A stretch of DNA of 63,295 nt, the filler included, from Actinomycetota bacterium (GTDB lineage: Bacteria > Actinomycetota > CADDZG01 > JAHWKV01 > JAOPZY01): the NCBI GenBank assembly GCA_025963875.1. It is 6 parts of 6 records of this genome, joined end to end, with 100 filler letters (N's around TTAATTAATTAA, not from the genome) between each part and the next. Parts side by side here need not be neighbours in the genome. Positions count along the whole stretch, not along the records: positions 39,788 to 53,057 come from JAOPZY010000200.1; positions 53,158 to 58,916 come from JAOPZY010000206.1; 4 more parts are not named here. One strand, written 5' to 3'. The notes below the pieces were generated by a model. It saw nothing but the letters and a program-made list of their open reading frames with translations. It was not told where the DNA came from and ran no database searches. A program made the translations under genes and the position numbers. How positions within the stretch are numbered: position 1 is the stretch's first letter; the number at the start of each line of letters is the position of its first letter. Positions 48,649 to 57,317 of the stretch are shown here, in pieces.

Positions 48649-49074
48649 TCAGGCCTGGTCGTCGAGGAATTCCGTTTCGACCGTGCCGGCGACGTTGACG
48701 AGCGCCTTTGCCGCCTTGACGTGGCGGATCATGGTGAGGATGTCACCTTTGAGCTTGAGCTTGCCGGACATCATGCCCTTGATCGGGTCGAGGTCCTGGG
48801 TGATGACCTGCTTCCAGCGCGAATAAGGCGCCCGGATGACGAAGCGTGCCTTCTCACCCTCTTCGGGACTCAAGCCGTACTTGGAGTCCCGGCATTTGCC
48901 GTGCCAAAGGTCCATCCATGCCCAGAGGTCATCGGCCAGACCTCTGTCGGGCTGGGCCTCGAAGATGAAGCAGATGTCTCCCTCCCAGGTGGCGGCCGCT
49001 TCCTCGTACTCCTTCGAGCTGTTGATCTTGTCGACGTACTCCTTCAGCCAGACCTCGCTCGGAAATAGCGCCAT
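48649..49074 (-). CDS. SCP2 sterol-binding domain protein
   Basis: FPSE.W, WEGD, DLWHGKC, LDPIKGMMSGKLKLKG. Confidence 0.85.
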   Translation of the reverse strand: MALFPSEVWLKEYVDKINSSKEYEEAAATWEGDICFIFEAQPDRGLADDLWAWMDLWHGKCRDSKYGLSPEEGEKARFVIRAPYSRWKQVITQDLDPIKGMMSGKLKLKGDILTMIRHVKAAKALVNVAGTVETEFLDDQA

Positions 49075-49101
49075 CTTCCCCACTCCCTTCCCGCGGAGAG
49101 C

Positions 49102-52100
49102 TCACCCTTGTGCGATTCCTCGCTTCGTCGCCTCAGCGGCCAACTGGGAGCGGGAGGCGATGTCCAGCTTGGCGAAGACGTGCGAGAGGTGGATCTTCAC
49201 CGTCCCCGCCGAGATGAACATGTGCTCACCGATCTGGCGGTTCGTACCACCACCGGCAATGTGACGCACGACGTCGAGTTCGGTGGGGGTCAGGCTGTCC
49301 CAGCCGATGGAGGGCCGTTTTCGTTCACCACGGGCTCGGCGGGCATAGGCGACTGCCTCGTCCATGTCCAGGGCGGCGCCGGCCGAGAACGCAGCCTGGT
49401 AGGCCTCCTCGCCAAGCTTGGCGCGCGTGGTGTCCTCGATGCCGGTCCAGAACTCGGGCTCGGGCGGAAACCGCACGATGCCGACCCGCCTCCGGCTGGC
49501 GGCTGCGGCACCGAGGAGGCGGGCTGCCTCCTCGAAGCTCTCCTGGAAGGTCGCGACGGCAGCCAGGAGGTCGAAGCAGTTGGGTATGCCAAGGGCCAGG
49601 CTTCCGCGCAGCAGATGAGCCAGTGCATCGTGCGTGCAGCGCTCGGCCTCGCCAGCGTCCCCGTCCGCTAGTGCGAGCCGGGCAAGCGTGCGGCCGGCGA
49701 ACGCCTGCATCCACCCGCTGCCCACTCGCCGGGCCACCTCGAGCGCCTCGTCCAAGTGGTCATGAGCTGCGCCAGGGTTGCCCTCGATGCGCTCCAGCGT
49801 TGCCAGCAGGGAGAGATGTTCGGGAAGGAAGTAGGCAAGAGCAGCGCTGTCCGACTCGATGGCGAGCTGGAGGTGACGGCGTGCCGCGGAGAGATCCCCA
49901 TGGAAGAGGTCGACTCTGGCCATGACCTGGTTTGCAAACCCCATCGCGATGCCCGCCCCGGTCTCGGTCACCTGCGCGAGTGGCCCGGAGATCAGCTCCC
50001 GAGCGACCTCCGCCTGTCCCCGCTCCAGCGCAATCCAGGCGAGGCCGGCGGCCCCCACGGTGCGCGTCATGGGGTCGCCCACCTCGTCGCTGGCGGTGAC
50101 CATGCGCTCCAGCAGTTGCTGCGACTCGTCGAGCCTGCCCTGGAGCTTGGTGATCCGGGCCAGGGAGAGCCAATACAAGGCGGCGCCCCACCGGTAGCCC
50201 AGGCGACGAGCGGTGGCGTAGGAGTCATCCAGTACCCCGCGGGCGGCATCAAACTCGTCCTGAAAGATCAAGCACCATGCGAGCCATTGAAGAGCGTCCG
50301 CAAGGCACCGGTCGTCGCCGCTTCGTCTCGCCAGCTCCACGCTGCGCTCGAGGATCGGCCGCCCGCTGGGAGGGTCGAAGACCGCCACGATGCAACCGAG
50401 GATGTCGCACGCGCGGGCCTGCACCCCCAGGTCGCCGCACGCCTCACCGATCTCCAGGGCCGCCTGCGCCCAGCCGGGTGTGTCCAGATACGCGCCACGG
50501 AAGATCCCCAGCGTCGCCCGGCCCGTCAGCACCAACGCCCGCAGCGGCGTCAACACCTCGCCCGCGGCATCGAGGGCCCGGGCGCACGCCGCCTCGCCCT
50601 CGCCGTAGCGGCCCGCGAACAGCCAGAAGAGATTCATCGCCGCCGCGATACGCAGCCCAGCCTCCGCATCGGGCCCCGTCGCCCACTCGAGCGCGGCGCG
50701 CAGGTTCGGTACCTCGTCGGCGAGGCGGCGAAGCGCAGGGTCGTCCCGACCGGAGCGGAAGACCTCCGGCTCGGCTCGCTCGGCGAGCGCGACAGAGTAG
50801 GCAAGGTGACGGTCGCGCATCGTCTCGACCTCGCCGGCGTCCGAGAGACGCTCGCTCGCGTACTGCCGCACCGTCTTCAGCAACCCGTATCGCACCTCGG
50901 AGTCACCCTCGTCCGTCGTGACCAGGGACTTGTCCACCAGCCCGCTCAGGAGATCCAGCACCGCAGAGCGATCGATGCCGTCGCCCGCGCACACCTCCTC
51001 GGCGGCGTCCAGCGTCCAGCCGCCTGCGAACACGGACACACGTCGCAGCAGCGCTCGCTCGCCGTGGCTGAGGAGCTCGTGGCTCCAGTCGATCGAGGCC
51101 TCGAGGGTCTGGTGGCGGGGCGTCACCGTGCGGCCGCCTCCCGTCAGCATGTGAAAGCGGTCGGCGAGGCCGCCGGCGATCTGCTCGGGCGCCAGGACCC
51201 GCACCCGCGCGGCGGCGAGCTCGATGGCGAGCGGCATCCCGTCGAGATCGGAGCAGATCTGCGCCACTGCGGGAGCATTGGCCGCGGTGACCGCAAAGTT
51301 GGGCCGCACCTGCAAGGCCCGATCGATGAACAGCCGCACGGCGTCGCACTGGCGGAGCGACTCGGCCGGCTGACGGTGGGGCTCGGCCGGCATGGACATC
51401 GACGGGACCCGCCACGACGTCTCGCCGGGCACGCCAAGCGGCGCGCGGCTCGTCGCCAGGATCGTGAGCAACGGGCACGCTCGCAACAGGGAGTCGACCA
51501 GCGCGGCACATTCGGCAAGCACGTGCTCGCAATTGTTGAGGACCAGCAAGGCTGAGCGGGAGCGGAGATGTTCGACGAACACGTCCACCGGTGTCCAACC
51601 AGGCACCTCCGGCAGGCCGATGGCACCGTTGACGATTGCGGGAAGCAGCGCGGCGTCCTCGAGGCGCGCGAGCTCCACCCACCACGCCCCGTCGGGATTG
51701 CGGTCGAGAGCGTCGGCGGCGGCCTGGAGGGCGATCCGAGTCTTGCCGCAACCGCCAGCCCCGGTGAGCGTCAGCAGCCGCGTGCGCCTCAGCAGCTCGC
51801 CCACCTGGGTCAGCTCGCGGCGGCGCCCCACGAAGCTCGTCAGCTCGCTCGGCAGGTTGTTGGGGAACGCATCGAGCGAGCGCAGGGGTGGGAAGTCGCC
51901 GGGCAGATCGGGGTGCCGCAGCTCGAAGACATGCTCGGGCCGGCCGAGGTCCTGGAGCCGGTGCGTGCCCAGCGCGGCCAAAACGGCACCGTCGGGCAAC
52001 CGGTCGAGGACGAGATCGTGGGTCGTTGCCGAGACGACGACCTGGCCGCCATGGGCGATCGCACGAAGCCGGGCACAGCGGTTGAGCCCCTGGCCGAACG

Positions 52101-52464
52101 AGTCGCCTTCGTCGGGCAGTTGCGTCTGGGCGGTGTGCAGGGCGATGCGGGCCCGGAGCGGCGCGCCCGCCGGCCACGGCTCCGCGTGGAAGGCGAGCTG
52201 CAGATCGAGCGCCGCGGCGAGCGCGTCCGACGCGCGGGTGAAGACCGCTACGACGCTGTCGCCTTCACTGTGCTCGACAGGTCGGACCCCGCTGTGGAGG
52301 GCCACGGCGGCGTCGAGCAGCTCGTCGTGGCGGGCGATGGCCGCGCTCATGGGTTCGGGATCCGACTCCCAGAGCAGCGCCGAGCCTGCGACGTCGCTGA
52401 GGAGGAAGGTCACCGTCCCTACCGGTAGGTGGATCGTGGCCTGCCCGACGCCTGGCCCATCCAC
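49102..52464 (-). CDS. Class III cyclase + STAND ATPase + TPR + LuxR HTH regulator (Rv0386-like architecture)
   Basis: TFLLSDVAGS, EGDS, NRCARL; GAGGCGKT; LDGMPLAIELAA; LTPTE..TVKIHL. Confidence 0.92.
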   Translation of the reverse strand: MDGPGVGQATIHLPVGTVTFLLSDVAGSALLWESDPEPMSAAIARHDELLDAAVALHSGVRPVEHSEGDSVVAVFTRASDALAAALDLQLAFHAEPWPAGAPLRARIALHTAQTQLPDEGDSFGQGLNRCARLRAIAHGGQVVVSATTHDLVLDRLPDGAVLAALGTHRLQDLGRPEHVFELRHPDLPGDFPPLRSLDAFPNNLPSELTSFVGRRRELTQVGELLRRTRLLTLTGAGGCGKTRIALQAAADALDRNPDGAWWVELARLEDAALLPAIVNGAIGLPEVPGWTPVDVFVEHLRSRSALLVLNNCEHVLAECAALVDSLLRACPLLTILATSRAPLGVPGETSWRVPSMSMPAEPHRQPAESLRQCDAVRLFIDRALQVRPNFAVTAANAPAVAQICSDLDGMPLAIELAAARVRVLAPEQIAGGLADRFHMLTGGGRTVTPRHQTLEASIDWSHELLSHGERALLRRVSVFAGGWTLDAAEEVCAGDGIDRSAVLDLLSGLVDKSLVTTDEGDSEVRYGLLKTVRQYASERLSDAGEVETMRDRHLAYSVALAERAEPEVFRSGRDDPALRRLADEVPNLRAALEWATGPDAEAGLRIAAAMNLFWLFAGRYGEGEAACARALDAAGEVLTPLRALVLTGRATLGIFRGAYLDTPGWAQAALEIGEACGDLGVQARACDILGCIVAVFDPPSGRPILERSVELARRSGDDRCLADALQWLAWCLIFQDEFDAARGVLDDSYATARRLGYRWGAALYWLSLARITKLQGRLDESQQLLERMVTASDEVGDPMTRTVGAAGLAWIALERGQAEVARELISGPLAQVTETGAGIAMGFANQVMARVDLFHGDLSAARRHLQLAIESDSAALAYFLPEHLSLLATLERIEGNPGAAHDHLDEALEVARRVGSGWMQAFAGRTLARLALADGDAGEAERCTHDALAHLLRGSLALGIPNCFDLLAAVATFQESFEEAARLLGAAAASRRRVGIVRFPPEPEFWTGIEDTTRAKLGEEAYQAAFSAGAALDMDEAVAYARRARGERKRPSIGWDSLTPTELDVVRHIAGGGTNRQIGEHMFISAGTVKIHLSHVFAKLDIASRSQLAAEATKRGIAQG

Positions 52465-52653
52465 CGGCGGTCCCCCCTAAGATGGTCGATCCTTCCGACC
52501 GTACAGGCCTAATTGTCTCATGCGTCAGTCGGCCAGTCCAGGCCGGTGGGTCCCGGCATCGGGTCCAGACGGTGCGGCTGCCCCGCATCGTGGTCGCCGT
52601 CCCCGCTGCCCCAGCGTCCACCTAGAGGAAGTCCACTGTCGGGGGGCCTGGCT

Positions 52654-52702
52654 TTTCTTTGTGCTTGAGGTTGCGGTTTCCGCAACGTGGCTCGCAAAGA
52701 AA
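52654..52702. repeat. 49-bp two-part palindrome
   Basis: TTTCTTTG/CAAAGAAA outer arms; core GTTGCGG-TTT-CCGCAAC with the same centre. Confidence 0.75.
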
Positions 52703-52723
52703 GTCCGACACCCGCTCAGCGGG

Positions 52724-53056
52724 TCAGGAGCTCAGGAGCTTCTTGGCGCTCGCCGGTGGCTCGCGACGGCGGGGACGTCGTAGCTCATCGATGACGATGT
52801 TGCCGGCGATCACCGCCTCGGCGACGTCGCGCAGGCGGGAGTTGTGGTTGCGGGCATAGCCGCGGAGCATCCCGAAGGCGTCGTCCAGGTTGACCTGGGC
52901 TCGCTCGGCAAGCACGCCCTTGGCCTGCTCGATGACCACCCGGCTGTTGAGCGCCGACTGCAGCTGCTCGGCGAGCACTCTGGCCTCCTGCACGGCGCGC
53001 TGCTGGAGGATGCCGATGGTGGCCACATCCGCCATGGCCTGCGCGGCGACCAGATC
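52724..53056 (-). CDS. ANTAR domain protein (probably GAF-ANTAR), 5'-truncated
   Basis: QLQSALNSRVVIEQAKGVL..AF.MLR.YAR. Confidence 0.9.
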   Translation of the reverse strand, partial: DLVAAQAMADVATIGILQQRAVQEARVLAEQLQSALNSRVVIEQAKGVLAERAQVNLDDAFGMLRGYARNHNSRLRDVAEAVIAGNIVIDELRRPRRREPPASAKKLLSS

Positions 53057-53057
53057 C

Positions 53058-53157
53058 NNNNNNNNNNNNNNNNNNNNNNNNNNNNNNNNNNNNNNNNNNN
53101 NTTAATTAATTAANNNNNNNNNNNNNNNNNNNNNNNNNNNNNNNNNNNNNNNNNNNN
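53058..53157. other. Artificial contig spacer
   Basis: N44-TTAATTAATTAA-N44. Confidence 0.98.
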
Positions 53158-53547
53158 GACGGCAGCGGCAGGCGGCCGCCGTGGCCGGTTCGCCGCCAGG
53201 TCGACGACGGGTGGCTGCCTCGCTACCGGGGCTGGGTCTACGGGGCCGGCTTCGGGTTCCAGCTCGGCCTCGGCGTCGTGACCATCGTCACCACGGCCGC
53301 CGTCCCGGCGGCATGGGTGCTGGCGCTGCTGACCGCCTCGCCGGTGGCGGGCGCGGGGGTGGGGCTGGCCTTCGGTCTCAGCCGGGGGCTCCCCGTGCTG
53401 GCGACCGCCGGTGTGGACACGCCCGGCCGGCTCTGGAGCTTCCAGCGCCGCTTCCAGGCCGGCGAGGCGGCTGCCCGCTGGGCCACGGTGGCGTCGCTCG
53501 GCGCCCTGGCCGCAGCAGGCACATGCGCGCTGGCGGTCCTGCTGTGA
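53158..53547 (+). CDS. MauF/DsbD-like membrane protein, 5'-truncated
   Basis: Frame open from the gap: RRQVDDGWLPRYRGWVYGAGFGFQLGLGVVTIV, FGLSRGLP. Confidence 0.65.
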   Translation, partial: DGSGRRPPWPVRRQVDDGWLPRYRGWVYGAGFGFQLGLGVVTIVTTAAVPAAWVLALLTASPVAGAGVGLAFGLSRGLPVLATAGVDTPGRLWSFQRRFQAGEAAARWATVASLGALAAAGTCALAVLL

Positions 53548-53999
53548 CCGTGCTCTCGCGTTTCGGCCTCAGCGTCGACCTTCCCCGCGGCTGGGAGGGG
53601 TCGGTGTTCCGGCGGACGCCCGGCCCGGGCGAGGAGACCCACCCCGTCCTGCACGCCGGCAGCTTCCCCCTCCCCCCGGACCGGGGAGACTACGGCAACG
53701 GCGCCGTCGAGGTGATGAAGGGGCGGGACGTGTTCATCGCCCTCCTCGAGGACCATCCGTCGAGCGCGGGCGCGGCGATGTACGCGGCGCGGGCGCTGCC
53801 CCGCAGCCTCGACGCCGACAGCTTCAACCCCGCCACCCTCCAGCGGGCCATCCCCGGCCACGCCGGGACGCAGGTCTTCTGCACGGCGTCGGGTCGGCCG
53901 TTCTGCCTGTACGTGGTCCTGGGATCGTGGGCCCTGGCCCGCCTGCTCGTCCCCCGGGTGAATGCCGTCCTGGCCACACTCCGGGTGGAGCGGGCGTGA
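53544..53999 (+). CDS. Hypothetical protein (151 aa)
   Basis: GTGA overlaps at both ends; LPRGWEG, HAGSFPLP..GDYG, RPFCLYVVLGS. Confidence 0.75.
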   Translation: MTVLSRFGLSVDLPRGWEGSVFRRTPGPGEETHPVLHAGSFPLPPDRGDYGNGAVEVMKGRDVFIALLEDHPSSAGAAMYAARALPRSLDADSFNPATLQRAIPGHAGTQVFCTASGRPFCLYVVLGSWALARLLVPRVNAVLATLRVERA

Positions 54000-54523
54000 G
54001 CCCCGTGCCGGTGTGGACCGGTGCGTACCTCGCGGCTGCGCTGCTGCTCGTCGCCGCTGGGCTCGCCAAGGTCCGGCGCCCGGCCGACACCTCGATCGCC
54101 CTTCGGCGGGCGGGTCTGCCCGTCCCCGAGTGGGCGGTGCGGGCCGGCGCCGGCGCCGAGGTCGCAGCCGGGTGCTGGGCGTTCACGTCCGGCCGGGCGG
54201 CAGCCGGCCTCGTGGCGCTCTCCTACCTCGGCTTCGCCGGCTTCGTGGCGCTGGCGCTGCGGCGTGGGTCGCCGGTGAGTTCCTGCGGGTGTTTCGGGAA
54301 GGCGGACTCGCCGCCGACCGTGTCGCACGTCGTCCTCAACCTCGCCGCTGCGGCCACCGCCGCCTGGGGGGCCTTCCATACCCACCCGGATGCGGTCAGC
54401 GTGCTCCGCCATCAGCCGCTGGCCGGCGTGCCCCTCGTCCTGCTGATGGGCGCGGCCGCCTACCTGGCCTACCTCGTCGTGGCGGTCATGCCGAAGACCC
54501 TGGCGGCAGGGGGCGCGCCATGA
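53996..54523 (+). CDS. MauE/DoxX family redox membrane protein
   Basis: AGLAK, AE, CGCFG motif, H...N; several TM helices. Confidence 0.88.
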   Translation: MSPVPVWTGAYLAAALLLVAAGLAKVRRPADTSIALRRAGLPVPEWAVRAGAGAEVAAGCWAFTSGRAAAGLVALSYLGFAGFVALALRRGSPVSSCGCFGKADSPPTVSHVVLNLAAAATAAWGAFHTHPDAVSVLRHQPLAGVPLVLLMGAAAYLAYLVVAVMPKTLAAGGAP

Positions 54524-55884
54524 GCGAGTGGCTGGCGGAGCGGGTGGGCGGCTGGCTGTCCGCCCGGTCGACCCGGCGGGACGTCCTCGTGCGAACGACC
54601 GTCGCCGGGGCCGCGCTCGCGACGTACCGGATGCGCTACGTGCTGAAGCCCGGCACGGCCATGGAGCTGATCGCCAGCAACCCGGCGCCGGGGCGGGAGT
54701 GCCCGCCCGGGAGCCTGTGCAAGTCGGACGGCTACGTCGAGTTCTGCTGCACCGTCAACAGCGGCATCAACGCCTGCCCGCCGGGGACGATCGCCGGCGG
54801 GTGGTGGAAGGCGGACGGATCGAAGTACTGCGACGGCCCCCGCTACTACATCGACTGCTCCGGCGTCTGCAACCAGTGCCGGACCGGCTGCGAGACCGGC
54901 TTCTGCCCCGACTGCGACTCGGGGCCCGGGTGCGACTGCGCCAACGGCAGCTGCTTCAACCGGCGCACGGGCTGCCGGACGTTCCGCTACGGCCGCTGCA
55001 ACCAGCACGTCGCCTGCGTGGGCCGGCTGATGTGCCGGGTGGTGTCCTGCACCCCCGCGTGGATGCTGGATCCGACGTGCACGACCTCGGCGACCACCGA
55101 CAACCGGACCGCTGACCACCACTCTGATTGCCTCGACAGCCTCGTCGTGCCGACGGTCGGCATCGCCCGGACGCCGACCGGGCAGGGCTACTGGCTCGTC
55201 CAGGACAGCGGGAACGTCGCCCCCTACGGCGACGCCCGGTTCTTCGGCTCCATGGGGGACCACTCCCTCAACGAGCCCATCGTGGGGATGGCCCCCACCC
55301 CGAGCGGCCAGGGCTACTGGCTGGCCGCGGCCGACGGGGGCATCTTCAACTTCGGCGACGCCAAGCTGCTCGGCTCGACGGGATCGATCAAGCTCAACCG
55401 GGCAATTGTTGGCATCGCCGCCACCCTGTCCGGCAACGGCTACTGGCTGGTCGCCTCCGACGGCGGGATCTTCGCCTACGGAGACGCGCCGTTCCTGGGG
55501 TCGACCGGGGGCATCGAGCTCAACCAGTCGATCGTCGGCATGGCCCGCACCCCCTCCGGCAACGGCTACTGGCTCGTTGCCTCCGACGGCGGCATCTTCG
55601 CCTACGGGGATGCCCGCTTCTACGGATCGACCGGCTCGATCGTCCTCAACAAGCCGATCGTGGGCCTGGCCCCGACGCCGCTCGGCAACGGCTACTGGCT
55701 CGTGGCGGCCGACGGGGGGCTCTTCAACTTCGGCGACGCCCCCTTCCTGGGCTCGGCCGGCGCCCGCAACGAGCCCGTTGCGGGCATGGCGGCCAGCCCG
55801 ACCGGCCACGGCTACTGGCTGGCCGGATCGGTGGGCAAGATCTTCCCGTTCGGCGACGCCGTCTCGTTCGGGGCGCGGGCCTGA
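54520..55884 (+). CDS. Tat-type 22-Cys protein (amine dehydrogenase light-chain-like motifs) fused to six propeller-like repeats
   Basis: STRRDVL twin-Arg; CC..NACPPGT..GWW..YYIDC; ATGA overlap with the mauE-like gene. Confidence 0.8.
   Translation: MSEWLAERVGGWLSARSTRRDVLVRTTVAGAALATYRMRYVLKPGTAMELIASNPAPGRECPPGSLCKSDGYVEFCCTVNSGINACPPGTIAGGWWKADGSKYCDGPRYYIDCSGVCNQCRTGCETGFCPDCDSGPGCDCANGSCFNRRTGCRTFRYGRCNQHVACVGRLMCRVVSCTPAWMLDPTCTTSATTDNRTADHHSDCLDSLVVPTVGIARTPTGQGYWLVQDSGNVAPYGDARFFGSMGDHSLNEPIVGMAPTPSGQGYWLAAADGGIFNFGDAKLLGSTGSIKLNRAIVGIAATLSGNGYWLVASDGGIFAYGDAPFLGSTGGIELNQSIVGMARTPSGNGYWLVASDGGIFAYGDARFYGSTGSIVLNKPIVGLAPTPLGNGYWLVAADGGLFNFGDAPFLGSAGARNEPVAGMAASPTGHGYWLAGSVGKIFPFGDAVSFGARA
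55159..55881 (+). repeat. Six coding repeats of about 42 aa (126 bp), G.A.TP.G.GYWL.A.DGG.F.YGDA.F.GS.G
   Basis: Visible directly in DNA and protein. Confidence 0.95.
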
Positions 55885-55988
55885 CGACCGCGCCGGAGCG
55901 GCTCTGGAGGCGACGTAGAGTAGGTTGCAGGGCTACATAGCCTGCCCAGGCGCCCCTCAAGGCGCCGGATAATTCTCAGGAGGAAGGT

Positions 55989-57317
55989 TTGGATTACACA
56001 CCGCACACCGACGATGACGTCCGGGCCATGCTGGCCACGGTCGGCGCCGAGAGCATCGAGGAGCTGTTCTCGACCATCCCGTCCTCGGTGCGGCTGGAGC
56101 GGGACCTGGCGCTGCCCGGCCCCATGACCGAGGCCGGGGTCGTGGAGCTGCTGGAGGGGCTGGCCCGCCAGAACCACCCGATCGACTCCATGGCCTGCTT
56201 CGCCGGGGGCGGGGCCTACGACCACTACATCCCCGCCGCCGTCCGCCACCTCGCCTACCGGGCCGAGTTCGCCACGTCCTACACGCCCTACCAGCCCGAG
56301 CTGTCCCAGGGCGTGCTCGGGGTGCTCTTCGAGTACCAGAGCATGGTGTGCGAGCTGGCCGGCATGGACGTGGCCAATGCGAGCCTCTACGACGGGGCGG
56401 CCGCGCTCGTCGAGGCGGTCAACCTTGCCGCCGGCGCCACACGCCGGGACAAGGTGGTCGTCACGCAGGCCCTCAACCCCAACTACCGGACCGTCCTCGA
56501 GACCGCCGGGGCCGGCCCGGGCTACACATTCGAGACGGCGCCGGCCCTCTCCGGCACGACCGAGATCCCGGACCTCTCCGACGCGGCCTGCCTCATCCTT
56601 GCCCAGCCGAACTTCTTCGGGTGCCTGGAGGACGTCGAGGCAGCGGCCAGGGCCGCCCACGACGCCGGGGCCCTGCTGATCGTGGCGTTCGACCCCACCT
56701 CGGCCGGGATCCTCGAGGCACCAGGGGTGCTCGGGGCCGACGTCGCCACCGCCGAGGGCCAGTGCCTGGGCAACGGGTTGAACTACGGCGGCCCCTACCT
56801 GGGCATCTTCGCCACGAAGAAGGAGCACATCCGCCGGGTGCCCGGCCGCATCGTCGGGGCGACCGTCGACGCGTCGGGGCGCGGGGGCTTCGTGCTCACC
56901 CTGCAGGCCCGCGAGCAGCACATCCGCCGGGAGAAGGCGGCGTCGAACGTCTGCACCAACCAGACCCTGATGGCGATCGCCGCCACCGTCCACCTGTCGT
57001 GGCTGGGGCCGAAGGGGCTGGCCGAGCTGGGGGAGACGTGCCTCGCCCGTTCCCACCGCGCCGCCGAGCTCGCGGCCTCGGTCTCGGGGTGCAGCCTGGC
57101 GTTCGACGCCCCGTTCTTCAAGGAGTTCGTGCTGCGCGTGCCCGGGGATGCGACGGAGGTGCAGGCGCGGCTCGCGGAGCATGGCTACCTCGTGGGCCCG
57201 CCGCTGGGATCGGTCGACCCCTCCCTCAGCGACTGCCTCCTGATCGCGGTGACCGAGAAGCGGAGCCCCGACCAGATCGAGGGCCTCTGCAAGGCGCTGG
57301 CCGAGGTGGTGGCATGA
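55989..57317 (+). CDS. gcvPA: Glycine dehydrogenase subunit 1
   Basis: YTPYQPELSQG, ANASLYDG, REQHIRREKAASNVCTNQ; AGGAGG RBS, TTG start. Confidence 0.97.
   Translation: MDYTPHTDDDVRAMLATVGAESIEELFSTIPSSVRLERDLALPGPMTEAGVVELLEGLARQNHPIDSMACFAGGGAYDHYIPAAVRHLAYRAEFATSYTPYQPELSQGVLGVLFEYQSMVCELAGMDVANASLYDGAAALVEAVNLAAGATRRDKVVVTQALNPNYRTVLETAGAGPGYTFETAPALSGTTEIPDLSDAACLILAQPNFFGCLEDVEAAARAAHDAGALLIVAFDPTSAGILEAPGVLGADVATAEGQCLGNGLNYGGPYLGIFATKKEHIRRVPGRIVGATVDASGRGGFVLTLQAREQHIRREKAASNVCTNQTLMAIAATVHLSWLGPKGLAELGETCLARSHRAAELAASVSGCSLAFDAPFFKEFVLRVPGDATEVQARLAEHGYLVGPPLGSVDPSLSDCLLIAVTEKRSPDQIEGLCKALAEVVA

Noticed and set aside
52465..52723. ANTAR-target dual-hairpin RNA
   Set aside because: No convincing pair of hexaloop hairpins found by eye
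54520..55140. RiPP precursor or multihaem cytochrome
   Set aside because: Too large, no RiPP enzymes nearby, no CxxCH motifs
55159..55881. CRISPR array
   Set aside because: In-frame, degenerate 126-bp coding repeats without unique spacers; no cas genes
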